Shown here piece after piece: positions 7,292-16,396 of a DNA stretch of 32,000 nucleotides. The notes under the pieces are model-generated. The model worked only from the letters and a program-made list of their open reading frames with translations, ran no database searches and had not been told where the DNA came from. The DNA is from Candidatus Lokiarchaeum ossiferum (GTDB lineage: Archaea; Asgardarchaeota; Lokiarchaeia; Sigyniarchaeales; Promethearchaeaceae), in contig CP104013.1 of assembly GCA_025839675.1 (NCBI GenBank), positions 3,570,001 to 3,602,000 of the forward strand. The letters run 5' to 3'. The position numbers and the translations under genes were made by a program. The stretch's first letter is position 1. Every line of letters begins with the position of its first letter.

Positions 7292-8070
7292 TTGGAATCT
7301 AAGAAATTCAGTACAATTTGATTAAATTCTTCAGGTTTTTCTATGGGTACCGCATGGTGAGCATTTTGGATTATCTTTAATTCTCCTAGTGGAATTTTCT
7401 CTGCAATAGCTTGTTTTATTGATATTGACGTATAATCTTGGTCTGCTGTAAGTATTAATGCAGGACATTGCATTTGTTGGAGTGAATTTTCCACACTCCA
7501 GTTTTTCAACGCATCCATGCTTTGCAAGTATGCGCCTTTTTCGTTTTCAGCCCAGCGGTCCGCTACAATAGATTGAAGATCTTGTTGACTTTCTAAGGGA
7601 AAAAGATTTCTGCCAATTATTTCTCCAATTTTTTTCATCCCAAGTATTTTTACAACAAAAGTCCGCTTCCAATAAGCAAATCTGGTTTTGATTGAGTTTA
7701 TTTTTAGAGACGCTGCCATATTTACAGCAATTATTTTTGAGACTTGATTTGGGTAATCAATAGCAAGCTGATATGTAATTGCTGCACCCATCGAGATTCC
7801 AAGCACTGAAAAATTATCAATTTGCTCTGAATTTAATAATTGGATGATATCCTCGGCAAATCCTTTAATTGAATATCTCGCCTTTGGTTTACCACTTTGA
7901 CCATGACCTCGTAGATCGATTGCAATGGTCCGATATTTCTGAGCAAATACTGGAATTTGATATTCCCAATCCCTTAGGCTGGACCCTAATCCATGGATTA
8001 AGACTAAATTTGGACCCTGTCCTTTAATCTCAAAATTTATCATAATCCCATTAATCCTTTTTTGGGGCAT
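7288..8070 (-). CDS. Alpha/beta-fold hydrolase
   Basis: The protein has the HG oxyanion motif LVLIHGLGSS, the nucleophile elbow GISMGA (GxSxG) and a C-terminal His region NAHHAVPIEKPEEF. Its length of 260 aa is typical of the family. Confidence 0.88.
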   Translation of the reverse strand: MPQKRINGIMINFEIKGQGPNLVLIHGLGSSLRDWEYQIPVFAQKYRTIAIDLRGHGQSGKPKARYSIKGFAEDIIQLLNSEQIDNFSVLGISMGAAITYQLAIDYPNQVSKIIAVNMAASLKINSIKTRFAYWKRTFVVKILGMKKIGEIIGRNLFPLESQQDLQSIVADRWAENEKGAYLQSMDALKNWSVENSLQQMQCPALILTADQDYTSISIKQAIAEKIPLGELKIIQNAHHAVPIEKPEEFNQIVLNFLDSN

Positions 8071-8144
8071 AATTTTATTCTAAAAATAATCCTTATAAGT
8101 CTTCTAAAAATGAACTATATACGTTTTGTTTGAAAATATAATTT

Positions 8145-8765
8145 ATGGGAGAAAAAATCACGCTTCCAAATTTTAAAGCTGAAGAAAATGTGCCAAAGAA
8201 GCGTCAAGTGAGTATTCTTTCAAAATACCAGAGCTATCCTAGAATCATAATTAAATCGATTATTACTCTAATAAAAAAGATAGATCAGAAAACTGGTGAA
8301 GACACCAAATATAAATCAAATTACTTTTTCAACACACCTGATGGACCCATTACTGTCAATGTAATGATAGAGTCTTCTGGGGGAGAAAAAATTGGGTTGA
8401 TGATCCCCTTTATGAAAGATTTAGGAAATATTTCTAAAGCTCAAGCGATATTCCACTTACTTCAGATGCAGACCGGTTTAGATCTGGCTAAATTAGATAA
8501 AGCAATTCTAATATATCCTATGGGATTGATAGGACCTCATGGTAAAATTGGACAAATACTCGAAAATTACTCTGATAATCTTATCATTGTGAATCTTTCT
8601 GATGAAAAATCTCAAAAAATATTAGATTTGGCAACAAATCCATTTACCGTTGAGGAATGGCTGGAAACCGATTTCTTTATTTATATCCTAAATCAATGTT
8701 TTCCAGGTCAATCTATTGAGTTTCTTAAAAAATATTTATTGAATATGCCGGATCATCCATTTTAA
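8145..8765 (+). CDS. Hypothetical protein (206 aa), no recognisable motif
   Basis: This is a clean ORF in the same orientation as the downstream cluster, with a codon and amino-acid composition like its neighbours. No family signature was recognised. Confidence 0.55.
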   Translation: MGEKITLPNFKAEENVPKKRQVSILSKYQSYPRIIIKSIITLIKKIDQKTGEDTKYKSNYFFNTPDGPITVNVMIESSGGEKIGLMIPFMKDLGNISKAQAIFHLLQMQTGLDLAKLDKAILIYPMGLIGPHGKIGQILENYSDNLIIVNLSDEKSQKILDLATNPFTVEEWLETDFFIYILNQCFPGQSIEFLKKYLLNMPDHPF

Positions 8766-8826
8766 AATCGAATATATTTCATATATCATGCAAATCTTGC
8801 ATTTTTTAGCATAAGATTATCAATTT

Positions 8827-8912
8827 AATCATAGAATATAAGTTTTCAACATCTATGAATGTGTTTTTAAACATCTATGAATGTATTTTAAGCATCTATG
8901 AATGAATTTTTA
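8827..8912 (+). repeat. Tandem 21-23 bp direct repeat (3 good copies plus 1 degenerate copy) spanning the promoter and start-codon region of the SIS gene
   Basis: The core CATCTATGAATG occurs at 8850-8861, 8872-8883 and 8893-8904. Each copy is followed by a T-rich tail (TGTTTTTAAA / TATTTTAAG / AATTTTTAG). A degenerate copy, ATCATAGAATATAAGTTTTCAA, lies at about 8828-8849. The ATG of the third copy (8898) is the CDS start. Confidence 0.85.
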
Positions 8913-10037
8913 GAAGAAATTTTGTCGCAAGGGTTAGCATTACAAAGAACTCTAGATTTTATTACAGATAATATGAATGTCATTTTTGGGGCTATTAAAA
9001 ATCTCGTGCAGAAGAAGTCGATTTCAAGGTTTGTATTTACTGGGATGGGGTCTAGCTATTTCAGTTGCTATGTTCCCTACTATATGTTAAAACAAAAGGG
9101 TATAAATGTGGAAATGCTCGATTCTGGAGAGTTCTTACTTCATGGCTTTCCAGAGAATCCAGACGTGATTTTTCAAAATACATGTATCATTATGATCTCA
9201 CAATCTGGGGAATCTGGCGAGATTGTTGAATTACTTAAAAAATTTCAATCTTTAAAAATAAAACCTCTGATAATTGGAGTTACTAATATGCCTGAAAGTT
9301 ATTTAGCTACATTTTCTGATAAACAGCTTTATTTGAACGCGGGTAGCGAAAAAACGGTAACATCAAAAACATATGTGTGCTCCCTTTTAATCCTTTATTT
9401 CTTTGCAAAAACAATTATATTTGAAAATTTTTCCGATGAAATTTATTTGAAGGAAATTGCTGCTGTGATTAACAATGTTTCTCAATTGTTACCCTCAACC
9501 CATTCTTCTCAACTTTCTCATTCTTTAAAAAATAAAAGTCCAATCATTCAAGAATTCGAAAAAAAATTCGGAAATGATTATAAATTCATTCAAATAATGG
9601 CAAGAGGCCCTTCTTTATCAACTGCATATCAAGCTGCTTTGAATTTCAAAGAAATTGTGAAAATCAAGTCTGAAGCTTCATCATTGTCCACTTTTCGACA
9701 TGGTGGAATTGAATGTTTGACTGAAGACTCGAAGTTAATTATTATTTCATCTTCTACCATCAATCATAAGTTAGACAATCATTTTATACGAAACCTGATA
9801 GATAAGTGGTGTTTTGGGAGTATATTCTACATAACCACACAAGAATTAAATTTGATAGATGAAGAAATTCGTACTCATCCTAAAATTATGGTATATTCGA
9901 ATAAAACGCAAGGCACTTTTTTGGCTCCCATAGTAGAAATAATAACTTTACAGCTAATTGTGTATAACACAGCAGTACAAAGAGAATTAATCCCCGGTAT
10001 TTTTCGATTTACCCAGAAAATAACGCGAGGATTATAA
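8898..10037 (+). CDS. Double-SIS-domain sugar-phosphate isomerase/deaminase (AgaS / FrlB / GlmS-isomerase-domain-like)
   Basis: SIS signatures are present: FTGMGSSYFSC and ISQSGESGEIVE in the first half, and a second SIS-like half (MARGPSLSTAYQAALNFKE). At 379 aa the length matches AgaS/FrlB-type proteins. Confidence 0.85.
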   Translation: MNEFLEEILSQGLALQRTLDFITDNMNVIFGAIKNLVQKKSISRFVFTGMGSSYFSCYVPYYMLKQKGINVEMLDSGEFLLHGFPENPDVIFQNTCIIMISQSGESGEIVELLKKFQSLKIKPLIIGVTNMPESYLATFSDKQLYLNAGSEKTVTSKTYVCSLLILYFFAKTIIFENFSDEIYLKEIAAVINNVSQLLPSTHSSQLSHSLKNKSPIIQEFEKKFGNDYKFIQIMARGPSLSTAYQAALNFKEIVKIKSEASSLSTFRHGGIECLTEDSKLIIISSSTINHKLDNHFIRNLIDKWCFGSIFYITTQELNLIDEEIRTHPKIMVYSNKTQGTFLAPIVEIITLQLIVYNTAVQRELIPGIFRFTQKITRGL

Positions 10038-10043
10038 TTTCTA

Positions 10044-11090
10044 ATGGTGAATTCAATGGTTCAGAAGAAAATAGTATGTATCGGAGATGTTGTTCTGGAT
10101 ATTCTTCCCTCAATCCTTCCAATAGCAAAAAATGAAATCCTATTGGATGGAGAAACTTTTGTAGATTCTGTTTCTTACCAAAAAGGCGGGTGTGCTGGTA
10201 ATTTTTCATGTGTGTTAAAGTCAATTATGCCGATGGCAGAAGTTTCTTTAGTTTCACGTGTTGGGAGAATACCATATAGTGATTTTTTAATTAAAGAAAT
10301 CGAAAAATTTGGTGTTATCCCCGTTTTTCAAATCGATAATGTTGAAAGAACTCAAGTCACTATGGCTCTCTCTTATCAAGATGGACAAAGGCATTTTCTA
10401 ACCTTTCTAGGCGGATTAAAGAATTTTGTTATTGAAGATATTCCCGAAGATATCTTCAAAGATGTACATCATCTTGCTTTTCGGGGAATCTGGTTTGCAG
10501 AAAAACTATTATTAAAATCTGAAGAATTCATTAAAAAAGCGATTGCATTGGGTGTGGATGTTTCCATAGATTTAGGCTTTGATCCCTATTGGAATTTGCA
10601 GAAGCAAAATGAAAAATTTCAAGTAAATGTAGGTAAAAGACGTTCGGCTGTAATGAAGACATTAAAATATGTGAAATATCTCTTTGGGAACGAAGAAGAA
10701 ATCACCCAATTAATACATTCTGAGTCTTTAGATGCTGCTATACATGAAATCCTAGATATGGGAGTGAAAAACATCATCATCCACCGTGGAGATAAAGGGT
10801 GTCGGATAATTCAATCTTCAAAATTGAAGCCAATGAAAGACTTTTCATCCATAAATATCCCTGCATTACAAGTAGAAGTAAAAAATCCTGTTGGTTCCGG
10901 AGATACTTTTGATAGCATATTTTTAGCAGAAATATTGGAAGGAAAACCAATAATTCCAGCTGCTGCATTAGCTACAGCAGGTGCTGCCTATTCATTGATG
11001 AATTCTGCTGGAAATATACTCTCTATGGATGTGATTGTTGAGTTTAGTTCTCGATTTCCCGAATTGACCCCATTTTTAAATTACTCTTAA
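10044..11090 (+). CDS. PfkB/ribokinase-family carbohydrate kinase
   Basis: The protein has the N-terminal GG..N motif (QKGGCAGNFSCVL) and the C-terminal anion-hole/catalytic motif NPVGSGDTFDSIF. The gene starts 6 nt after the SIS gene stop, suggesting co-transcription. Confidence 0.88.
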   Translation: MVNSMVQKKIVCIGDVVLDILPSILPIAKNEILLDGETFVDSVSYQKGGCAGNFSCVLKSIMPMAEVSLVSRVGRIPYSDFLIKEIEKFGVIPVFQIDNVERTQVTMALSYQDGQRHFLTFLGGLKNFVIEDIPEDIFKDVHHLAFRGIWFAEKLLLKSEEFIKKAIALGVDVSIDLGFDPYWNLQKQNEKFQVNVGKRRSAVMKTLKYVKYLFGNEEEITQLIHSESLDAAIHEILDMGVKNIIIHRGDKGCRIIQSSKLKPMKDFSSINIPALQVEVKNPVGSGDTFDSIFLAEILEGKPIIPAAALATAGAAYSLMNSAGNILSMDVIVEFSSRFPELTPFLNYS

Positions 11091-11101
11091 ACTTGAATAG
11101 A

Positions 11102-11111
11102 TTTTTTTTTT
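11102..11111 (+). terminator. T10 oligo-T tract after the PfkB gene
   Basis: A run of ten T begins 11 nt after the TAA at 11088-11090. It is followed by a 150+ nt non-coding gap before the next gene. Confidence 0.5.
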
Positions 11112-11267
11112 GAAATCAGTGTTCTTTGACAAATTACAGTTTTGGAAGTTTTTCGTGATATTAGGATAAATTTCTTAGTTAAATCTTGCCCACTTATGAT
11201 TCCTTCATGTTGATCGGTTTTTGAAATCTCTAAAGTTTTTTAAATTGAAAGAAGAAAGTGTTTTACA

Positions 11268-12437
11268 TTGATTGTTATGATAGGTGAAAACAAAATTCTT
11301 GATTGCCATATCCATTACTCTTTACCTATTAAACCACAAGATTTGATTGAGACGATGGAACTAGCCAATACCGATTTTGCAAATTTGGTTATCGTTCCGG
11401 ATAAAAATCGCATCTCATCTGTTCCAGATGCTTTGATGCTAAAATATCAATATCCCACAAAGTTCTTCGTATTTGGATGCCTGGATGTTTCACAATATTT
11501 CATGCACAATAAGTCTGTTGGGAAACAATTTGTCAAATATGTTAAAAGAATACAACTTTGCGGATGTGATGGGATCAAGATGATTGAAGGCAAACCTGAT
11601 TTGAGGCGCACGGTGCCAATTCCTGATTTTGATAAACGCGTTTGGGAACCTTTTTGGACTTTTGCTGAAGAAATTGGTCTACCAATCCTATGGCATGTTA
11701 ATGATCCAGAAGAATTTTGGGATGAATCCAAAATACCTTCCTGGGCTAAAAATCAAGGATGGTTGTATGGGGAAGATACAATCAATAACGAAGTACAATA
11801 TACGCAAGTCTTAAACGTGTTGAAGAAACACCCTAAGTTAAAAATAATTTTTGCTCATTTCTTCTTTATGTCCGCGCAGCTTGAACGATTATCTGAGATT
11901 TTCGATAAGTTTTCAAATATTTATGTTGATTTAACTCCTGGAATCGAAATGTATATCAATTTCTCCAAAAACCAAGAATCTGCAGTTCAATTCTTTAAAA
12001 AATATCAAAATCGGATTCTTTATGGAACAGATATTGGCGCGAGGTGTGTGATATCAAATGACTTTGAGTTAAATAATAAAGAAAGTACACATCGATCTAC
12101 GCTTGTTCAATCATTTTTATCAAAGCAAGGGCAATTCACTGTGAAATCAGATGGAGATTTTTTAATTGGAATTGAAGATTTTCAATTACGTGCTCTCAAT
12201 TTACCTCCACATATCACCAAGAAAATATTCTATGATAATTTTTCACGGATTGTAGGTAAAAAACCTCGTACAGTCAATCCAAAGATGGTAATTAAAGAAT
12301 GCAAAAGAATCAAAACTATGATTAGAGTCATGTCACTCATAAAAAGAATTAAGATTGCTGATTACTCATATGCTAACCAAGTAATCGGTTTTTTTAAAAA
12401 AAATAATTCTAATAAAAAAAAATGGAGATTCCAATGA
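11268..12437 (+). CDS. Metal-dependent TIM-barrel amidohydrolase-superfamily protein (Amidohydro_2-like)
   Basis: It has the N-terminal HxH motif (LDCHIHY), an internal His (WHVND, FAHFFF) and the late Asp motif YGTDIG. The track start at 11268 is TTG; ATG at 11277 is an equally plausible start. Confidence 0.75.
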   Translation: MIVMIGENKILDCHIHYSLPIKPQDLIETMELANTDFANLVIVPDKNRISSVPDALMLKYQYPTKFFVFGCLDVSQYFMHNKSVGKQFVKYVKRIQLCGCDGIKMIEGKPDLRRTVPIPDFDKRVWEPFWTFAEEIGLPILWHVNDPEEFWDESKIPSWAKNQGWLYGEDTINNEVQYTQVLNVLKKHPKLKIIFAHFFFMSAQLERLSEIFDKFSNIYVDLTPGIEMYINFSKNQESAVQFFKKYQNRILYGTDIGARCVISNDFELNNKESTHRSTLVQSFLSKQGQFTVKSDGDFLIGIEDFQLRALNLPPHITKKIFYDNFSRIVGKKPRTVNPKMVIKECKRIKTMIRVMSLIKRIKIADYSYANQVIGFFKKNNSNKKKWRFQ

Positions 12438-13846
12438 AAAAGATAACTAAGAAAAAGCTTCCCTTGTATGCACTGGCAGGTTTCGGACCCAGTTTGTTAG
12501 GAACCGTACTCGGGGTTTATTTAATTAATGCCCTAATTGTTGAAGGTTTTGGGGTCGATGTAGAAAACTGGACGTATGCAAATAAAACATTAGTGGTCAC
12601 AGCCGTGTTCAGTGCCCTTGTTTTATTTGCTAAAATTATTGATGGGGTTGCTGATATTCCTTTAGCTGCTTGGACTGATTCTTTAAAATCGAAATGGGGA
12701 AAAAGACGCCCTGCTATAGTGATAGGTTTTATTCCCATGGTTCTTACCTACACGTTGTTTTGTTTTCCGCTTTCAAATGACGAACATAGTATGCTAAATA
12801 CCATTTACTTTGGGATTTTGCTTGCATTATATTTCACCGCATACACTTTAACCTTCGTGACTTATTATGGTACCTATTCAGAAGTCACTGCCTCATCGGA
12901 TGATCGGATATCATTATCAAATTGGAAAGCCTTTTTTGATACTGTTTCATATAGTGTTGGATATGCACTAATTCCTGTTTTTATTGGTTTTGATATCAAT
13001 ATTCGCATCATAGGTTTAGCTGGAATACCATTAATGTTTACAATGCTAATCGCATTATTCATGTTAAAGGAAAAATCAACGTTACCTGAAGATGTTGTCA
13101 AAACAAAACAAGATCTTGAGCATACTGAAACTTCTGCTCTTGTTGAAGAAGAAGTTGGGTTTATGGAAAGTGTCAGACTCACAACCAAGAATAAAGGGTT
13201 TATGATTTGGTTGTTTGTAATGGCTGCGTTCTTTTTTGGTCTACAATTATTTTTGGCAGGTCAAAATGTAATGGCATCAGGTGCCATGGGATTGAATGGC
13301 TGGCAAATCGCTGTCCTCAATACAGCTGCTTTTGCACCTGTTCCCTTGATGATTATTGTTTATCGGAAAGTTATGAAGAAGAAAGGGTTTCGGTTTGCTT
13401 TTCAGTCGGCGCTCCTTTCTTTTGCTTTAGCTATGCTTACTTTCTCCATTGCATATGTTGAATGGATTCCCAGTTTGACAGCCAGGTTAATAATTGGAAT
13501 TGCGGGAGGAACAATTGGTAGTTATGGGATTTGTGCATTTTTCTCTGCTCCCTATTTTATTCCTTCACAGATGGCAGCAGAAGAATTAGCTGCAACTGGA
13601 AGGAGTCATCCATCGATGTATTTTGCAATGCAAGGCTTATTTACAGCTGTCGTGGCGGCAATCAGTACGAGCGTCGTTTGGCTGAACATTCGAGGGTTGA
13701 TCGTTGATGGTGAAGAATTCTTTGGGGTTCATCTCATGCCTTTCGTTGTTGCAGGTGCTTGTGTTGTCGCAATAATTATTGCCTTTTTCTTACCTAAATC
13801 TTTCAGTCAACTTGGACGCATGGAAAAAGTGCAGCTAAATGAATAG
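12422..13846 (+). CDS. GPH/MFS_2-family glycoside-pentoside-hexuronide:cation symporter-like transporter
   Basis: About 12 hydrophobic segments are present, along with the GPH loop signature DGVADIPLAAWTDSLKSKWGKRRPAIVIG (compare MelB D..DP..G...D...S.WGK.RP). It overlaps the amidohydrolase gene by 16 nt; an alternative ATG lies at 12434. Confidence 0.85.
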   Translation: MEIPMKKITKKKLPLYALAGFGPSLLGTVLGVYLINALIVEGFGVDVENWTYANKTLVVTAVFSALVLFAKIIDGVADIPLAAWTDSLKSKWGKRRPAIVIGFIPMVLTYTLFCFPLSNDEHSMLNTIYFGILLALYFTAYTLTFVTYYGTYSEVTASSDDRISLSNWKAFFDTVSYSVGYALIPVFIGFDINIRIIGLAGIPLMFTMLIALFMLKEKSTLPEDVVKTKQDLEHTETSALVEEEVGFMESVRLTTKNKGFMIWLFVMAAFFFGLQLFLAGQNVMASGAMGLNGWQIAVLNTAAFAPVPLMIIVYRKVMKKKGFRFAFQSALLSFALAMLTFSIAYVEWIPSLTARLIIGIAGGTIGSYGICAFFSAPYFIPSQMAAEELAATGRSHPSMYFAMQGLFTAVVAAISTSVVWLNIRGLIVDGEEFFGVHLMPFVVAGACVVAIIIAFFLPKSFSQLGRMEKVQLNE

Positions 13847-14042
13847 TGCATAGCACGACAAAATACCCATAACCTTCGGATTTGCTTTCTTTTCTTTTTT
13901 TCATCTTTTTTCATTTGTGTTAATACAAATGCTTAACAATTTATACCCCATCGGGAATTTTATTACTTATATGCAAAGGATTTAATTTTATCCATCTATT
14001 TCTTTATTAAATCGCAAGATGCGTAATTTGGAAGCAATTTAA

Positions 14043-15764
14043 ATGACACAATCTGATCTAATACGAACAACCACTTCGATTTGTCCCGAATGTATGCAAC
14101 CTATCACCGCGAAAATAGTCGTGGATTCTTCTAAAGGAGAAAATGGATGGGTTATGATGATAAAAGAGTGCGCTCAGCATGGAGAATTTCAAGATATTAT
14201 TTCAAAAGATCCAGCACTCTACAAATGGAAAAACACATACGCTGATGATTTAGATTGTAAATTTTCAACTAAACCCATTAATGGAAATCAATTTTCCGTA
14301 CAAAAAGGCTGTCCCTATGATTGTGGACTATGTACAGAACACCAATCTCAAGCCAATCTTATGATAATCGATGTTACTAATCGTTGTAATTTGAGCTGTC
14401 CAATCTGTTTTGCAAATTCAAATGCTTTAGGACGTATCGTTGAATATTCTTATGAAGAAGTTGTTCGGATTATGGAGCATTTTATTGCTCAGAAGCCTTA
14501 TCCTGCCGCGATCGCTCAATTTTCTGGAGGAGAGCCTACATTGCATCCTCGAATTATTGATATTTTAAAAAAAGCCAAAGATCTCGGTTTCCAACACCGA
14601 ATGATTAATACTAACGCTATAAAAATGGCACGATCCGTTGATTTTTGTCGCGAACTCAAAGAAGCGGAATGTGGTGCGATATATTTTTCCTTTGATGCTG
14701 CCAGTGCTAATTCTCCCGAAGTATATAAGAAAATCCGAGGGATGGATCTCACAAATATTAAACGAAAAGCGGTTGAAAATTGTCGCGAAGTTGGCTTAGA
14801 TGGAATTATGTTAGTGGTGACAGTAGCAAAGGAGTGCAATGATGGTGAAATTGGTGCAATCATGGAATTTGCGAAAGAAAATAACGATGTTGTTGCTGGT
14901 GTCATTTTTCAACCTGTTTCCCTTTGTGGACGTATTACTCTTGAAGATTTAATGAATCTTCGTTATACAAGCAGTGATTTGGCTAAAGAACTGTCTAAAG
15001 TCACCAATGGTGCCTTAGATAAATTCTATCCGTTAGCAATGTCGAGTAAATTAACTCAATTGTTAATTTGGTTCTCTGATCTGCCTGGTTGGTCTATTTC
15101 TGCTCATGAAGATTGTGGGTGGGCTACTTTTCTACCGATCCAAAAAGGTGAATTTGTGCATATAAGTGAATATGTTGAAGTGGAAGGACTTATTGAATGG
15201 GCCAATGAATGTTGGGATATGGTGTCAAAACGTCAAATTCCTCAACCCTCTTCAGGATTAAGAGGTTTAAGACCTTTTGCAGATAAACTCGGTCTTGGGC
15301 GTGTTTTTGATGCGTTAAGCGAATTCACTGATACTATGACCGATATTGCCTATCGCAATGCCATGAAAGCTTATTTTGTAGCTGGCACTATGAAACATCT
15401 GAAGAATTTTGAAGCGAAAAAATTGTTTGAAGATCCTATTTACAAATATATGTTGAATTTCATTAATGATGTGCGCATTGAGAAATCCAAACAACTTCTT
15501 GAACACGGATTGCTTATGGTAGGTTGTATGCATTTTCAAGATGCCTACGATTTGGATGTGGAACGAGTGAAACGATGTGTTGTGCATTACGGTACTCTGG
15601 ATCCCGAAGATCCGCAGAAAGTCTTGCAGATCCCATTCTGTACATTCAACACAATCCATCGAGAAGGCATTGAGAAGGCATGGGCAGCGAAGTATTCTAA
15701 GCCCATTGATAAATCTGCTGACGAGCATGCGAAAGAAGTACAAGCGCTCGAGAAATCAATTTAG
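14043..15764 (+). CDS. Radical SAM enzyme with an N-terminal rubredoxin-like Cys/His motif and auxiliary Cys clusters; tetraether-lipid synthase (Tes / GDGT-MAS)-like
   Basis: It has the CxxxCxxC motif in VTNRCNLSCPICFA (nt ~14385-14410) and a GGEPTL SAM-binding motif. The N-terminal region is TTSICPECMQ...KECAQHGEF. A pre-core cluster motif GCPYDCGLCTEH is present, and the C-terminal part reads VGCMHFQDAYDLDVERVKRCVVHY...IPFCTFN. From memory, this layout matches archaeal Tes/GDGT-MAS-type proteins. The radical SAM call is secure; the subfamily call is less so. Confidence 0.8.
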   Translation: MTQSDLIRTTTSICPECMQPITAKIVVDSSKGENGWVMMIKECAQHGEFQDIISKDPALYKWKNTYADDLDCKFSTKPINGNQFSVQKGCPYDCGLCTEHQSQANLMIIDVTNRCNLSCPICFANSNALGRIVEYSYEEVVRIMEHFIAQKPYPAAIAQFSGGEPTLHPRIIDILKKAKDLGFQHRMINTNAIKMARSVDFCRELKEAECGAIYFSFDAASANSPEVYKKIRGMDLTNIKRKAVENCREVGLDGIMLVVTVAKECNDGEIGAIMEFAKENNDVVAGVIFQPVSLCGRITLEDLMNLRYTSSDLAKELSKVTNGALDKFYPLAMSSKLTQLLIWFSDLPGWSISAHEDCGWATFLPIQKGEFVHISEYVEVEGLIEWANECWDMVSKRQIPQPSSGLRGLRPFADKLGLGRVFDALSEFTDTMTDIAYRNAMKAYFVAGTMKHLKNFEAKKLFEDPIYKYMLNFINDVRIEKSKQLLEHGLLMVGCMHFQDAYDLDVERVKRCVVHYGTLDPEDPQKVLQIPFCTFNTIHREGIEKAWAAKYSKPIDKSADEHAKEVQALEKSI

Positions 15765-15813
15765 TTACTTACTCCTTTCCCTTTTTTTAAAAAAAATTTG
15801 TTGGTTAAATTTT

Positions 15814-16311
15814 ATGTCCAAACCTATAGAATTGAATAATTTGTATGATTTTTATGTTATTCGGTTGAATGGATTGCCCATTTTTGCCGGGTGTTCAGGA
15901 ACCGATTATTGTCAAGGTCATGTTGCCCAACATCAATTACATGCTGGTTTTTTTTCAGCATTATATGCTTTTGCAAATGAAGCATTTCAAGATGTTAGAT
16001 TAGAGACAATTTATTTTGATAAGATTCAAATGAACCTGTTGATATCGGAATCTGATAATATAATGATTATTTTCGTTCATCATCGTTCCAAATCCTTGCA
16101 GAAAATTCGTGAATTAATGAATCAAACTTGGGAAATCTTCAAACAAGACTACATCCCGAAGTTAAAAGAAAATCAGTTCCAAAAGGATCTCTATAAAGCT
16201 TTTCTTGAAGATTTGAAAAAACTCAAGGTCATTTTACCTGATAAAGATCCCTTTGACATTCGAGAAATGTTATTAGAAGGCTTAAAAAACCGTAAGATTC
16301 CTGCTCAATAA
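15814..16311 (+). CDS. Small cytosolic protein (166 aa) with a longin/roadblock-like alpha-beta pattern
   Basis: The track ORF 15577-16311 overlaps the radical SAM gene upstream. The first ATG beyond that gene's stop is 15814 (MSKPIELNNLYDFYVIRLNG...). The residue pattern reads beta-hairpin (FYVIRLNGLPIFAG), helix (HAGFFSALYAFANEAF), three strands (LETIYFDKIQMNLLISESDNIMIIFVHH) and helices (LQKIRELMNQTWEIFKQDY; LYKAFLEDLKKLK). It is paralogous to the C-terminus of the TPR protein at 20774-21166. Confidence 0.65.
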   Translation: MSKPIELNNLYDFYVIRLNGLPIFAGCSGTDYCQGHVAQHQLHAGFFSALYAFANEAFQDVRLETIYFDKIQMNLLISESDNIMIIFVHHRSKSLQKIRELMNQTWEIFKQDYIPKLKENQFQKDLYKAFLEDLKKLKVILPDKDPFDIREMLLEGLKNRKIPAQ

Positions 16312-16396
16312 GAATATGCACTTATTTTTTTCTTCGATTTTTAACTGAAGTTGAGATTCCTATAGATTTTAATGATGTGAATTAATACTAAAACCT

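Noticed and set aside
8827-8912. Tandem repeat as a mini CRISPR array
   Set aside because: The units abut each other with no unique spacers, there are only 3-4 copies, the unit is about 22 bp, and the third copy is part of a coding start. No cas genes are nearby.
15577-15813. N-terminal 79-aa extension of the longin-like ORF offered by the ORF track
   Set aside because: The extension overlaps the 3' end of the radical SAM gene in another frame and has an atypical basic or junk-like composition. The ATG at 15814 follows the upstream stop and begins the recognisable domain.
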